Sequence record: SRR31156797_8840
DNA: 51,684 nt
Strand: one strand, 5' to 3'
The translations under genes were made by a program, and so were the position numbers. The notes below the pieces were generated by a model. It was not told the origin of the DNA. It saw only the letters and a program-made list of their open reading frames with translations, and ran no database searches. Below, piece by piece: positions 18,015-28,502 of this stretch. Every line of letters starts with the position of its first letter. The stretch's first letter is position 1.

Positions 18015-19430
18015 CTATTTCCCCCTACCCTGAATGATGATCAAAACGGTGTAAAACATGATCTTAAAATCCATGGCCAACGACATGTTCTCCACATAAA
18101 GGATGTCGTATTTCAGGCGCTGCACCATCTCATCCACATTAGAGGCATAACCAAATTTTACCTGCCCCCAGGAAGTAATTCCCGGCTTTACCTTGAAAAG
18201 CAGCCTGTAGTGTGGTGCCCGCTTCACAATCTGGTCTATAAAAAACTGCCTTTCGGGCCGGTAGCCTACCAAAGACATTTCGCCTTTCAATACTGTAAAA
18301 AACTGCGGTAACTCATCCAGCCTGACTTTGCGCATGAACAACCCGAACGGTGTGATGCGGGAATCATTTGTGGTCGAAAGCTGTGGTGTGCCTTTTTCCG
18401 CACCGACATACATTGACCGAAATTTGGGGATCATAAAGGGTTTGCCATGTAAACCTATCCGCTCCTGCCAGTAAAATATCGGGCCTTTGGATGAAAACTT
18501 CACCCCGGCAACCAGGAAAATATATACCGGCAACAAAAGAATAATGGCAACAAGTGATGCTGTAAGGTCGACAAGCCGCTTGATGGATTCCTGCCAGGGT
18601 GGCATCATATGCGGCGAAATCTGGACCAGCGGTTCGGTAAAAATAGAGGTTGTTTTTACCGATCCAAGGAGGTAGTCCTGCATTCCAGGGATAATCTTGA
18701 TGATAACATCCGTATCCTCGATTTTAGTCAGGATTTCTTCTACCAACTGTGTCTCAGACCTTTCGATGGCAATCACCACCTCTTCAATGTTCATTTCACG
18801 CACCAATCGTGGCAAATCATCAAAATGGCCGAGGTGTGGCAGGTGCTTCGCCAGTGCATATTTCTTATAATCCCTGGCGTTTACAAACCCAACAAATTGA
18901 TTTCCAGAAGAGGGAAACTGGTCGTTGAGCTGCTGAAAAAGTTCGACCGCATTTTTGTTACTTCCAACAATAATGGTGGGAAATCCAATGACTTTATGGT
19001 GAATTTTTTTTACCGCCCGTGTTGTAATGATAAGGCGGAACAAACCGGTAAAAAAGAAATGAATGCCAAACAAAACCAGGAAAGAGGTGAAATAGCTTCT
19101 GTAAGAAGGCACTACATCATCAATGAGCAGTGTGAAAAACAAAATTACCACTCCAATGAATGCCGTTGAAAAAGTAATGGTCAATTCCTTAATCCTCGAT
19201 TTCCGGTAAATTTTTCGGTAGGAACCGGCGATGATATAAAGAATAAGCCAGAACAACGGAATGATAACAATCCCCAAATACAAATTCGGATCACCAAATA
19301 CCAGGTCCAACTCATCGAATAGATTGGTTGTTTCAAGGTTTTTTCGGTAGATAAAAAACAACATCCAGGCAATAGCAGCTGAAAGTAGATCTGCAAAAAC
19401 GTATTTGGCTTGTTGTATTTTTTTATTCAT
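18015..19430 (-). CDS. polyprenyl glycosylphosphotransferase (WcaJ-like sugar transferase)
   Basis: N-terminal TMs, CoA-binding-like domain, KRLVD, KFRSM, LDELPQ, GEMSLVG.RPE, KPGITSWGQV. Confidence 0.92.
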   Translation of the reverse strand: MNKKIQQAKYVFADLLSAAIAWMLFFIYRKNLETTNLFDELDLVFGDPNLYLGIVIIPLFWLILYIIAGSYRKIYRKSRIKELTITFSTAFIGVVILFFTLLIDDVVPSYRSYFTSFLVLFGIHFFFTGLFRLIITTRAVKKIHHKVIGFPTIIVGSNKNAVELFQQLNDQFPSSGNQFVGFVNARDYKKYALAKHLPHLGHFDDLPRLVREMNIEEVVIAIERSETQLVEEILTKIEDTDVIIKIIPGMQDYLLGSVKTTSIFTEPLVQISPHMMPPWQESIKRLVDLTASLVAIILLLPVYIFLVAGVKFSSKGPIFYWQERIGLHGKPFMIPKFRSMYVGAEKGTPQLSTTNDSRITPFGLFMRKVRLDELPQFFTVLKGEMSLVGYRPERQFFIDQIVKRAPHYRLLFKVKPGITSWGQVKFGYASNVDEMVQRLKYDILYVENMSLAMDFKIMFYTVLIIIQGRGK

Positions 19431-19447
19431 ATAAAATCATTGTGATA

Positions 19448-20314
19448 TTACCTGTACAATAATTTCATGTTATCGAGCTGAATGGTAGCTGTTTCATTAG
19501 GATCATCCAGATACGTCCGAACAAAAACCTTAAATGAAGCGGCACTACTGGCCCTTACCTTATCGGTAAAATTGATGTAAATTTTATTCCATTCGTCCTT
19601 GGCATATAATACGATTATTTCGGTTTTGATAATTTGTGAAATACTCTCTTCGATGATGCCGACTGAAAAATAGTAGTCGTTTTTGTAATGCATTTCGAGC
19701 AATACCGGCGACCCGTCTTTTGGTAACTGGTAGCTGCTAAACGTTGCTGCTTCAAAAGTGTTATGGATACTATCGAGGCTGATGGCACCAGAGAAATTCC
19801 CTTCAAAAACCTGATCACCACTATACCTGGAAAGGGCTGTATTTCCACCCAAATTGGCAGTATCCAGTGAAACAGAAGGATCTTCAAAATCCTCAATCCA
19901 TGAAAATACGGTAGATTCCCAATAGTTTGTCGATGGCGAAACTATAACCACCGAATCCGGAAAATAATCGAAAGCATCAATGATAACAGGTTCGAAAAAG
20001 GGATTGTTTACGCGGGTTGTGGAAATACCATTCAATTCGATTCCCGCTTCAAGGCGCAACTCACCGGTTCCGTCTTTTAGAATGGGAATCGTGGCCGGAA
20101 GTTCAAAAACACCTATGGTTGCACCATCGGCAAATACCCAAACATCTTTAATTTTTTGTCTTGAAGTTCCCTGGCTCGCAAAGTCGGCCTGAAATCCAAA
20201 AGGTTCCACAGTAACGAATGCAGGAATGCCGGGTTCCAGGTTCTCATCCTTGCAGGAAGTTAACACCATCAGGCCCGGAATTAATACGACAAATAGTATG
20301 TTTGAAAATTTCAC
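19448..20314 (-). CDS. hypothetical lipoprotein
   Basis: GTG start, LTSC lipobox, 288-aa ORF within an operon. Confidence 0.75.
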   Translation of the reverse strand: MKFSNILFVVLIPGLMVLTSCKDENLEPGIPAFVTVEPFGFQADFASQGTSRQKIKDVWVFADGATIGVFELPATIPILKDGTGELRLEAGIELNGISTTRVNNPFFEPVIIDAFDYFPDSVVIVSPSTNYWESTVFSWIEDFEDPSVSLDTANLGGNTALSRYSGDQVFEGNFSGAISLDSIHNTFEAATFSSYQLPKDGSPVLLEMHYKNDYYFSVGIIEESISQIIKTEIIVLYAKDEWNKIYINFTDKVRASSAASFKVFVRTYLDDPNETATIQLDNMKLLYR

Positions 20315-20393
20315 TTTTTCAGCTATGTGTTTTTAAACAAGCATTTCAAACGATCATCACAATCCGTTATTGCTTTTTTGCCGGACAAACCAA

Positions 20394-21365
20394 CTAGTAG
20401 TTAATTTTATCAAGAATCTGGTAAGCAACGTCCAGAGCACGGTATCCATCGTTGATGGTAACTGGCGGAACAGCATTATTTTGGATTGCATCGGCAAAGC
20501 TGGCCAACTCAGTCATGATGGCATTATTTGGCTTAACTTCAGGTTTGTTGATGCTGATCTCCTTTTTGCCCTTACCTTCACCCAAATCCAACACCATGGC
20601 AAACGGATCATCCGGGTCTTTGTCGATGTCTTTCATCTTTACGATCTCCATCTCCTTGGTCAGAAAATCTACCGAAATATAAGCATCGCGCTGGAAAAAC
20701 CTGGATTTTCGCATGTTCTTAAGTGATATCCGGCTTGCGGTGAGGTTGGCCACACAACCATTTACGAATTCGATGCGTGCATTGGCGATGTCAGGTGTGT
20801 CGCTAACGATGGGAACCCCGCTGGCGCTGATTTTCTGAACATCCGAGTTCACAACACTCAGGATGATGTCGATGTCGTGGATCATTAAATCGAGCACAAC
20901 AGGCACATCAGTACCACGCGGGTTGAATTGTGCCAGCCTGTGGGTTTCGATGAACATCGGGTTTTTAATGGAACCGGCAGCCGCCAAAAACGCCGGATTG
21001 AACCGCTCAACATGTCCTACCTGGACTTTCACATTGGCTTCTTCAGCAATCTTGATTAACTCAGTGGCTTCCTCAGGTGTGGTTACAATTGGCTTTTCGA
21101 TAAATACATGTTTCGACTTTTTTAAAGATTCCGAAGCACAATCGAAATGCGAAACCGTTGGCGTAACGATGTCTATCACATCCACGGCATCGATAATCTC
21201 ATGCAAAGAGTCGAACTTTTTAATCCCAAATTCTGCCTCAACTTTTTTGGCAGTTTCTTCGTTGGGATCGTAAAAGCCAACCAATTCATAATCTTCAATT
21301 CCACGAATACATTTCAGGTGAATTTTGCCGAGATGTCCGGCACCGAGAACTCCTATTTTTAACAT
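20394..21365 (-). CDS. Gfo/Idh/MocA family oxidoreductase (GnnA-like)
   Basis: GAGHLG, EKP, GHVERFNPA, DLMIHD, ASRIS. Confidence 0.9.
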   Translation of the reverse strand: MLKIGVLGAGHLGKIHLKCIRGIEDYELVGFYDPNEETAKKVEAEFGIKKFDSLHEIIDAVDVIDIVTPTVSHFDCASESLKKSKHVFIEKPIVTTPEEATELIKIAEEANVKVQVGHVERFNPAFLAAAGSIKNPMFIETHRLAQFNPRGTDVPVVLDLMIHDIDIILSVVNSDVQKISASGVPIVSDTPDIANARIEFVNGCVANLTASRISLKNMRKSRFFQRDAYISVDFLTKEMEIVKMKDIDKDPDDPFAMVLDLGEGKGKKEISINKPEVKPNNAIMTELASFADAIQNNAVPPVTINDGYRALDVAYQILDKINY

Positions 21366-21381
21366 ATCTTAAAATTTTGCA

Positions 21382-21389
21382 CAAAAGTA
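21382..21389 (-). promoter_or_regulatory. Bacteroidota -7 promoter element
   Basis: TACTTTTG 17 nt upstream of the start. Confidence 0.5.
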
Positions 21390-21598
21390 AATTTTTTGGC
21401 AGGATGGCAGCAGCATGCGGATAATAAATCCTTTCAGGCATAAAAGAAATGGAATAATGGTGAATCGGCAGGTTGGAAAAGCTGAGTGGTTGATTGGTCA
21501 AAATTCTCCACTAAAAATGTTAAATTCCAAATTCTACTTCAATATCCAACGTTTTTATAATTTCGCACGCGTTTAACCGAAAATGATGATTTGAAAAC

Positions 21599-22252
21599 AT
21601 GAATTTATCTGATACATACCGCCACAAGGGAATGCGTAAACAACTGGTTGAAACCCTGAAAGAGAAAGGGATTTCTGACCAAATGGTTTTGGATGCCGTG
21701 ATGGAAGTTCCCAGGCATTTTTTTATGGATTCATCGTTTTTGGAATACGCCTACCAGGACAAGGCCTTCCCCATCGGCTCGGGGCAAACCATTTCGCAGC
21801 CCTACACCGTTGCCTTTCAATCGCAATTGCTGGAAGCGGAAAAAGATATGAAAGTTCTGGAAGTAGGAACCGGTTCGGGTTACCAGGCATCAGTATTGCT
21901 GGCCATGGGTTTAAAGGTTTTTACGGTGGAGCGCCAGTTTCATCTCTACAAAAAGGTGAAGCAGTTTTTTGAAAAGCACCGCTACAAAATCAGGGTCTTT
22001 CATAAAGATGGCTTTGAAGGGCTGCCCACCTTTGCACCATTCGACCGCATCCTGATCACCGCAGCAATTCCTGAATTAAATGAAACGTTAAAATACCAGC
22101 TTAAGATGGGTGGTATTTTGATTGCTCCGGTTGGCAGACGTGGCCATCAGACCATGACACGGATTATCCGCACAGGCAAAGATGAATTTACAGAGGAATA
22201 TCATGGTGGATTCGTTTTTGTGCCTATGCTACCGGGAAAGGCCAATGACTAA
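21599..22252 (+). CDS. pcm: protein-L-isoaspartate O-methyltransferase
   Basis: VPRH.F, AY.D.A.PIG.GQTISQP, VLEVGTGSGYQ, APFDRI, FVPML. Confidence 0.95.
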   Translation: MNLSDTYRHKGMRKQLVETLKEKGISDQMVLDAVMEVPRHFFMDSSFLEYAYQDKAFPIGSGQTISQPYTVAFQSQLLEAEKDMKVLEVGTGSGYQASVLLAMGLKVFTVERQFHLYKKVKQFFEKHRYKIRVFHKDGFEGLPTFAPFDRILITAAIPELNETLKYQLKMGGILIAPVGRRGHQTMTRIIRTGKDEFTEEYHGGFVFVPMLPGKAND

Positions 22253-22974
22253 ATGTAGCCCTCAGCATGAAAATCCCTGGTAAGGGCTTTATACTGACCA
22301 GTGTATTTTCCTCCGGCATCCCTAATAAAAAGACTTTCTGACTCAACGTTTTCAACTTCGTACTTTGAGAAAACCAGAATTTTCCTGTTCATAGGTTTTC
22401 CGGGTTTAGGATAGATTTCAAGCGTTCTGAAATTAAAAAATCCAACTTTCGTAGCCATTTTATGAAAATATAATGACGCTTCAACGGGTAGAATTACAGC
22501 TAGTCGGCCATTGTTTTCCAGGAATTTAAATGATTTTGTGACAAACGCCTCCATCGGGAAACTGATGGTGTGTTTGGCTAATATCAATCGTTCTGATTCA
22601 GGCAACAAACTACGATTAAAAAATGGCGGGTTGCTGACGATGAGGTCATATTTTTTCTCAGGGTCTGGGCTGTAATCCTGAAACGATGAATGTATCGCGC
22701 TAAGCCTGCTGTCCCAGGGACTATTTTCAAAATTCAGGGCAGCTTCATCAACGGAGGGTTTATCGATATCTATGGCATCGATTCTGGCTTCGGTGCGCTG
22801 GGCCAGCATTAGGGCAATAATTCCACATCCAGTTCCTAAATCAAGTATATGCTCTGTGTCCTCCCCGACCCGCAGCCACGAACCCAGGATAAACGCATCT
22901 GTTCCGACTTTCATGGCCGAATGTTCATGTTGCACTTTGAAATGCTTCAAAAGGAATGGGCTACCCATTTTCAT
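22249..22974 (-). CDS. yfiC: tRNA1(Val) (adenine37-N6)-methyltransferase
   Basis: MKVGTD, LDLGTGCG, SNPPFF, LT.DF C-terminus. Confidence 0.88.
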   Translation of the reverse strand: MKMGSPFLLKHFKVQHEHSAMKVGTDAFILGSWLRVGEDTEHILDLGTGCGIIALMLAQRTEARIDAIDIDKPSVDEAALNFENSPWDSRLSAIHSSFQDYSPDPEKKYDLIVSNPPFFNRSLLPESERLILAKHTISFPMEAFVTKSFKFLENNGRLAVILPVEASLYFHKMATKVGFFNFRTLEIYPKPGKPMNRKILVFSKYEVENVESESLFIRDAGGKYTGQYKALTRDFHAEGYI

Positions 22975-23508
22975 TTAATCATTCAAATAAAGATCGATTA
23001 AACCGTCTGGTAATTCCAGGGAAATGGTTTTTACTTTGGTGTTAATCTCAATCAAATAATCCTCGACAAGCGGAATCAATATTTCTTTCTTTTCTTTAAA
23101 AACCTGGATCAAAACCTGATCGGGCGACTCAAAAACATCAGTAATGGAGCCTATAGTCCCTTTAGCCTCATCAATAATTGTGTAGCCAATTAACTCACTA
23201 TAATCCATTCCAGTGGTGAGGGATTCATCATTCGGTTTATCATCAGGCAGGTAAACCTTGCATCCAACAAACCGCTGGGCAAGTTCGGGAGCATTGTAAT
23301 CCTGCAACAGCACCCTGAAGGATTCAGGGTTTCCTATGGAAATCTCATCAACAAAAAACGGAACCAGCCCCCCGTCAATTTCGATAAAAATAACTTCAGG
23401 ATCATGATTTAGCATTGTATTTTTCTTCTGGTAAAATACGGTTGCTTCACCCGTTTTCCGGTTCACTTTTGAAATGGAACCTATTTTTTTGAATTTGTCT
23501 TTTTCCAT
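22975..23508 (-). CDS. rimM: ribosome maturation factor RimM
   Basis: Follows rpsP; VPFF, ILIP, LPDGLIDLY. Confidence 0.9.
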   Translation of the reverse strand: MEKDKFKKIGSISKVNRKTGEATVFYQKKNTMLNHDPEVIFIEIDGGLVPFFVDEISIGNPESFRVLLQDYNAPELAQRFVGCKVYLPDDKPNDESLTTGMDYSELIGYTIIDEAKGTIGSITDVFESPDQVLIQVFKEKKEILIPLVEDYLIEINTKVKTISLELPDGLIDLYLND

Positions 23509-23521
23509 GGTTTAAAAGAAA

Positions 23522-23567
23522 AACCGGGGCAACTGCCGGATAATGATCCTGACCGCTTGCCCCGGTT
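23522..23567 (-). terminator. hairpin / probable intrinsic terminator between rpsP and rimM
   Basis: aaccggggcaa...ttgccccggtt 11-bp IR followed by a U-rich run on the minus strand. Confidence 0.55.
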
Positions 23568-23591
23568 AACAATACCTTTTAAAAGTTAAAT

Positions 23592-24335
23592 CTATGCTTT
23601 ATCTTTTTTTTCGGTTTCTTCAGTAGCTTTTTCCTCTTTTGGAGTTTCTGCTTCTTCGGCTTTAAGTGTTTCGGCCTTTGGAGCTTCTTGTTTCTCAGCC
23701 TTAGGTGCTTCTGCTTTTGGAGCCTCAATTTCTTCGACCTTAGGTGCTTCCTCTTTTGGAGCTTCTGTTTCTTCAGCTTTAGGTGCTTCAGCTTCTTCGG
23801 CTTCAGCAGCCGGAGCTTCTTCACCTGCTTCAGCGGCCTGCTTTTCCTGTGCTTCTCTTACCTGCGCATCGGCTTCAGCCTGGCGGCGTTTGGCAATTTC
23901 TTCCTGCCTTGCTTCCTTAATTTTGGCTTCTGCTTCGAGGCGTTTCTTTTCTTCGCTACGCTCCTTATTTTCCAGTTCGCTGTTTGCATTATCAATCTTG
24001 GCCTGCTTGGCTTCCATCCATTCCTGGAATTTCAGCTCGGCCTGTTCGGCTGTTAATGCACCTTTGGTAACGCCTTTCAGGAGGTGATTTTTATAAAGCA
24101 CACCTTTGTATGAAAGGAGTGAGCGAACGGTGTCGGAGGGTTGTGCCCCAACCTGCACCCAGTGAAGGGCTTTGTCGAAGTCGAGGATAAGTTCCGCCGG
24201 TTTAACAATGGGATTGTACGTGCCAATCTTCTCAATGAATCTTCCGTCTCGTGGTGCCCGACCATCCGCAATTACAATATGATAAAAAGGCTGTCCCTTC
24301 TTACCATGTCGCTGCAATCTGATTTTTGTTGGCAT
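23592..24335 (-). CDS. rpsP: 30S ribosomal protein S16 with long acidic C-terminal extension
   Basis: [40 protein letters not shown] repeats. Confidence 0.97.
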   Translation of the reverse strand: MPTKIRLQRHGKKGQPFYHIVIADGRAPRDGRFIEKIGTYNPIVKPAELILDFDKALHWVQVGAQPSDTVRSLLSYKGVLYKNHLLKGVTKGALTAEQAELKFQEWMEAKQAKIDNANSELENKERSEEKKRLEAEAKIKEARQEEIAKRRQAEADAQVREAQEKQAAEAGEEAPAAEAEEAEAPKAEETEAPKEEAPKVEEIEAPKAEAPKAEKQEAPKAETLKAEEAETPKEEKATEETEKKDKA

Positions 24336-24658
24336 AATTTGTAATAATTTAATTTAAAAAGTTTACTTCCGAAATTTGGCGTGCAAAAGTCGTATAATTT
24401 TTTGGAATAACAAAATTATTTTCCAGCTCAAATCACTAACCTACGCAATGTTAGATAATGTTGCGCTGAAAAGTAATCCTGCTACCAGAACTAACAAACC
24501 CTGAAATGCCTAATCAATTCAAGGTGATGATAAATGATGATAAACATTGGTTGGCAGCTATAAAGCTAATATCTGGCACAAGTAAGAGGCCGTAAGAACT
24601 TTTAGGTATTAAATCTGTTAACTAGCCGTTAGCTAAGCGTTTTTATTCAAACTTCTCC

Positions 24659-26005
24659 ATGAAAAAAGCACTCAAAATACTGGCCATCATCATTGCCATT
24701 GTTGCAGGATATTTTCTTGTGCTGCAACTTTACCCGAAAAATGCAGGGCGTTATCCGTTTCTGATCATACTCCTTCTCGGTGATTATTACCTGTGGGCAG
24801 CTTTCAAAGACTGGATTAAAAACAGAAAACCTTTCTTAAAATATTTTTTGGGATTGCTCTACTGGCTGCCGTTTATGCTCCTCCTCGGCACAACCACTAT
24901 CAGCATCAACACACCTCCTGATGCATGGCCTGATGCACTGAGGATTTATATTTTCGGATTCATCTTTATCGCCTATGCTGCCAAGTTGCTGCCGATACTG
25001 TTTTTGGTATTGGCCGATATTTTCAGGGGGTTTCAGTTTATCCATAAAAAAGCAACGGCCATTGCAAAACGTGACACATCAAACCACTCAGGAAGTAAAA
25101 TCACGCGTAGCGAATTTATGAAACGTGCCGGCCTGGTGAGTGGTGGAATCATTTTTAGCGGATTAATGTTGGGTATGCTCAAATGGGTCTTCGACTTTAA
25201 ACTGCACCGGCATGTTGTTAAAATTCCCGGCCTACCCAATTCTTTTCAAAATTTAAAGATAATCCAGATTTCTGATATCCACCTGGGAAGCTGGTCGTCC
25301 AAAACCGCCCTGCAGGAAGCTGTAGACCGGATCAATGGCCTGAATCCCGACATGATATTTTTTACCGGCGACCTGGTAAATAACAAAACCGATGAGGCCT
25401 ACCCTTTTGAAAAGATTCTCGCAAACCTCCGGGCGAAAAACGGCGTATTCGCAACCCTCGGCAATCATGACTACGGCGATTATGTGAGGTGGCCATCAAA
25501 ACAGGCCAAAGCAAAAAACATGACTGATCTTTATGATCTGTACCGCCGCATGGGCTGGAAACTGCTGAACAACGAAAATGAGGTTTTTGAAAACCCCGAT
25601 GGTAAGTTAGCCGTTTTGGGCGTAGAGAATTGGGGCGACTTTGGCCGGTTCCCGAAATATGGTGACCTGCAAAAAGCAACCCGGGGAGCTGAAGATGCCG
25701 ATGTAAAACTGCTTTTATCGCATGATCCATCACACTGGGACAAGGTTGTAACAAAAGATTTTCAGGATATCGACATCACTTTTGCCGGGCATACCCACGG
25801 TTTTCAGTTTGGCATCGAAATCAAAAATATCAAATGGAGTCCGGCACAATATGCTTACAAGCACTGGGCCGGCATGTATGCAAATATTTCGGGCAACCAA
25901 ACCCCACAGCGACTTTATGTAAACCGTGGCCTGGGAACTATTGGCTATCCCGGACGGGTTGGGATACTGCCGGAGATTACACTGATAGAATTAAAAAAGG
26001 CATAA
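24659..26005 (+). CDS. membrane-bound metallophosphoesterase (YkuE-like)
   Basis: N-terminal TMs; SDIH, TGDLVN, LGNHD, SHDP, GHTHG, VNRGLG. Confidence 0.9.
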   Translation: MKKALKILAIIIAIVAGYFLVLQLYPKNAGRYPFLIILLLGDYYLWAAFKDWIKNRKPFLKYFLGLLYWLPFMLLLGTTTISINTPPDAWPDALRIYIFGFIFIAYAAKLLPILFLVLADIFRGFQFIHKKATAIAKRDTSNHSGSKITRSEFMKRAGLVSGGIIFSGLMLGMLKWVFDFKLHRHVVKIPGLPNSFQNLKIIQISDIHLGSWSSKTALQEAVDRINGLNPDMIFFTGDLVNNKTDEAYPFEKILANLRAKNGVFATLGNHDYGDYVRWPSKQAKAKNMTDLYDLYRRMGWKLLNNENEVFENPDGKLAVLGVENWGDFGRFPKYGDLQKATRGAEDADVKLLLSHDPSHWDKVVTKDFQDIDITFAGHTHGFQFGIEIKNIKWSPAQYAYKHWAGMYANISGNQTPQRLYVNRGLGTIGYPGRVGILPEITLIELKKA

Positions 26006-26006
26006 A

Positions 26007-26038
26007 AAAGGGAGATGACCTATGGTCACCTCCTCTTT
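26007..26038. terminator. bidirectional intrinsic terminator
   Basis: ggag.tgacc-tat-ggtca.ctcc stem with A/T tails between convergent genes. Confidence 0.65.
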
Positions 26039-26063
26039 AGTTGTTTCTCATCATTTCAGCACA

Positions 26064-26501
26064 TTATCCAATCTCAATCATTCTTTTCGGCTTTTCTTTG
26101 GCTTCCTCTTTTTTGGGTAATGTGATGTTCAAAACGCCGTCCTTATACGAAGCCTTTATCTTCTTGTCTTCGATGGTTTTGGGCAGGGTAAAGCTGCGCT
26201 TGAACGACTGGTAACTGAACTCCCTTCTGGTGAATTCTCCACCTTCTTTTTCTTCGTTGTGATCTTCTTTTGCTGAAGAGATCACCAGCAGGTTGTTGTC
26301 GAGTTCAATTTTGAAGTCATCTTTTTTCATACCTGGTGCGGCAACTTCAACCTCAAAATTATCTTTGGTTTCCTTGATATTTACAGCCGGCATGGTTGAA
26401 TCGTTGAATCCCATGTTTGCTGTGTCGAACAAATCCCTGTTAAAAAATTCGTTGAAAATTGAAGGGAAAGCATCTCTGTTTCTAAATTTTACTAAAGTCA
26501 T
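26064..26501 (-). CDS. Hsp20/alpha-crystallin small heat-shock protein
   Basis: PAVNIKE, APG, RREF.Y.SF.RSFTLP, A.Y.DGVL.I.LPK. Confidence 0.95.
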   Translation of the reverse strand: MTLVKFRNRDAFPSIFNEFFNRDLFDTANMGFNDSTMPAVNIKETKDNFEVEVAAPGMKKDDFKIELDNNLLVISSAKEDHNEEKEGGEFTRREFSYQSFKRSFTLPKTIEDKKIKASYKDGVLNITLPKKEEAKEKPKRMIEIG

Positions 26502-26563
26502 GATTAACCTCCTGTTTTTGTTGGTTTAACAATGTTTTAATTTTTAATTTCGAAATGCAGGTT

Positions 26564-26579
26564 TGCAAATCGAATACCA
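26564..26579 (-). promoter_or_regulatory. sigma54-type -24/-12 promoter of hsp20
   Basis: TGGTATTCGATTTGCA has GG-N10-GC spacing, 63 nt upstream of the start. Confidence 0.55.
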
Positions 26580-26760
26580 AATCGAAAACAATAAGTTGGG
26601 GAAATAAATTGACTTATAAAATGAGGAAACTTAATAAATTAATTACCAGACCAATACAAAACTTTTAAAACGAATTTTCTGATGATTCATGCAAAGATTG
26701 CCAAAAATATATCGCACAACAATCCTGTCATATTGACCGATAACGACTAAATTATGTAGA

Positions 26761-28266
26761 TTATCCTGCCATCATGGCTGATTTTGACACATCATCAAGT
26801 TTAAACCAATCACAAACCCTTGAGGTTTTGTCTTCAGGTTCAAGTTTATGCCTGAACTCGTTGGTCTTGTTATTATAAATATAGTCTTTTGACCATTCAG
26901 CATGGTTTTCCTGCACCTGCCTGATGGCATCTATTACCAGGTAAAGTTCTTCATTGGTCATGGTAGGATGTAATGATAACCTGATCCAGCCCGGCTTTTT
27001 TGAGAGGTCGCCATGATTGATCAGTTGGGTGATTTCATGGGAAGTATCGTAGCTTACATCCAATAAAAAATGTCCGTAGGTTCCCGCGCAGGCACACCCA
27101 CCCCTAACCTGGATACCGAATTTATCGTTCAGTAGTTTTACAACCATATTAAAATGGATATCGTCCAGGTAAAATGATATCACACCAAGCCGGTCCTGCA
27201 CATTATTTGCTAAAATGTGAAGATCCGGTATTTTAGTCATTTCTTCAAAAGCAATCCTCACGAGTTCTTTTTCACGTGCTTCAATATTTTCAACACCCAT
27301 TTGATTTTTTAACTCAATACATAGTGCAGTTTTAATGGCCTGAATAAATCCCGGAGTACCGCCATCTTCGCGCACTTCAATATCTTCCACATATTTAAAC
27401 TCACCCCACGGATTGGTCCAGTCAACAGTGCCGCCACCCGGGTTGTCGGGCCGCTGGTCCTTGCGGTAGATTTTTGAATTAAAAACAAGCACACCAGAAG
27501 TTCCGGGCCCACCCAGGAATTTATGTGGCGAAAACATGATGGCATCCAGGTCTTCCATCGAGTCACCGGGATGCATGTTCATATCCACATAGGGCGCTGA
27601 TGCCGCAAAATCCACAAAACAAAGCCCACCGTTTTCGTGCATGATCTTTGCAAGCTGATGATAGGGTGTTGAAATGCCGGTTACATTGGAGCAGGCTGTG
27701 AACGACCCGATTTTCATTTTCCGGTTTTTGTATTTATCCAGCTCTTTTTGTAATTCATAGGGACAAACCAGCAAATCTTTGTTGGGTTTTAACTGCACCA
27801 CATCGGCAATGGTTTCGAGCCATGAGGTATGGTTGGAGTGATGCTCCATATGTGTGATAAAAACAACCGGGCGCTCTTCTTCTTTAAGGCAATCGGCTGC
27901 ATCCATTTTTTGCATGGTGCGGAATCCAAGCATACGCTGAAATTTATTCACAACAGTGGTCATCCCCGAACCGGCCGTAATAATTACATCGTGAGGTCCG
28001 GCATTAACATGGTCCTTAATTTTTTTATGCGCAAGATGGTAAGCCTTGGTCATAAGAGTGCCGGTTTCGCTGGTTTCTGTGTGTGTGTTGCCCACGAAAG
28101 GACCAAACTTTTTTACGATCGCTTCCTCAATAGGGCCATACAATCTGCCGCTGGCAATCCAGTCACCGTAAACAATCGTTTGTTCACCATAGGGTGATTG
28201 AAATTTTTGATTGATGCCAATGATGTTCTTTCTGAAACCGGCAAATAAATCTTCCATGTGTGTCAT
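26761..28266 (-). CDS. class V aminotransferase (cysteine desulfurase / selenocysteine lyase-like)
   Basis: EHHSN, SNVTG, SPHKF.GGPG, EDGGTP, QVRGGCACAG. Confidence 0.88.
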   Translation of the reverse strand: MTHMEDLFAGFRKNIIGINQKFQSPYGEQTIVYGDWIASGRLYGPIEEAIVKKFGPFVGNTHTETSETGTLMTKAYHLAHKKIKDHVNAGPHDVIITAGSGMTTVVNKFQRMLGFRTMQKMDAADCLKEEERPVVFITHMEHHSNHTSWLETIADVVQLKPNKDLLVCPYELQKELDKYKNRKMKIGSFTACSNVTGISTPYHQLAKIMHENGGLCFVDFAASAPYVDMNMHPGDSMEDLDAIMFSPHKFLGGPGTSGVLVFNSKIYRKDQRPDNPGGGTVDWTNPWGEFKYVEDIEVREDGGTPGFIQAIKTALCIELKNQMGVENIEAREKELVRIAFEEMTKIPDLHILANNVQDRLGVISFYLDDIHFNMVVKLLNDKFGIQVRGGCACAGTYGHFLLDVSYDTSHEITQLINHGDLSKKPGWIRLSLHPTMTNEELYLVIDAIRQVQENHAEWSKDYIYNNKTNEFRHKLEPEDKTSRVCDWFKLDDVSKSAMMAG

Positions 28267-28360
28267 TTTAGTCTAGTTTGTTAATCATTTCAGCAAATAC
28301 CCAATCAAGTTCGCGATTAAAATAAAAAGTAGGCCTAAGTTTTTAAAAAATTTTAAGAAG

Positions 28361-28368
28361 CAAAAATA
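28361..28368 (-). promoter_or_regulatory. Bacteroidota -7 promoter element
   Basis: TATTTTTG about 95 nt upstream of the start. Confidence 0.4.
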
Positions 28369-28502
28369 GAAATTCTTAAATACTTCCGTACTTTCAATTT
28401 ACAACTGCATAATAATTGAACATTAACAATTTTATGATTCATTAAATGTTGCTTTTACAGCCAAAGAGTCAAAACCACTAATTTAGCCACGTCAAAAACT
28501 GA

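Noticed and set aside
21440-21500. Loose 8-mer periodicity upstream of the Gfo/Idh/MocA gene (68-aa ORF 21295-21501)
   Set aside because: Too degenerate to define a repeat, and the ORF overlaps a real gene start and promoter.
23579-23824. Lys/Leu-rich 81-aa ORF resembling a histone-like protein
   Set aside because: Alternative frame of the rpsP EAPK-repeat tail.
24444-24545. Small hairpin (cgcaatgtt/aatgttgcg) and a 10-bp tandem (tgatgataaa x2) in the rpsP divergent spacer
   Set aside because: Short and low-complexity, with no supporting context.
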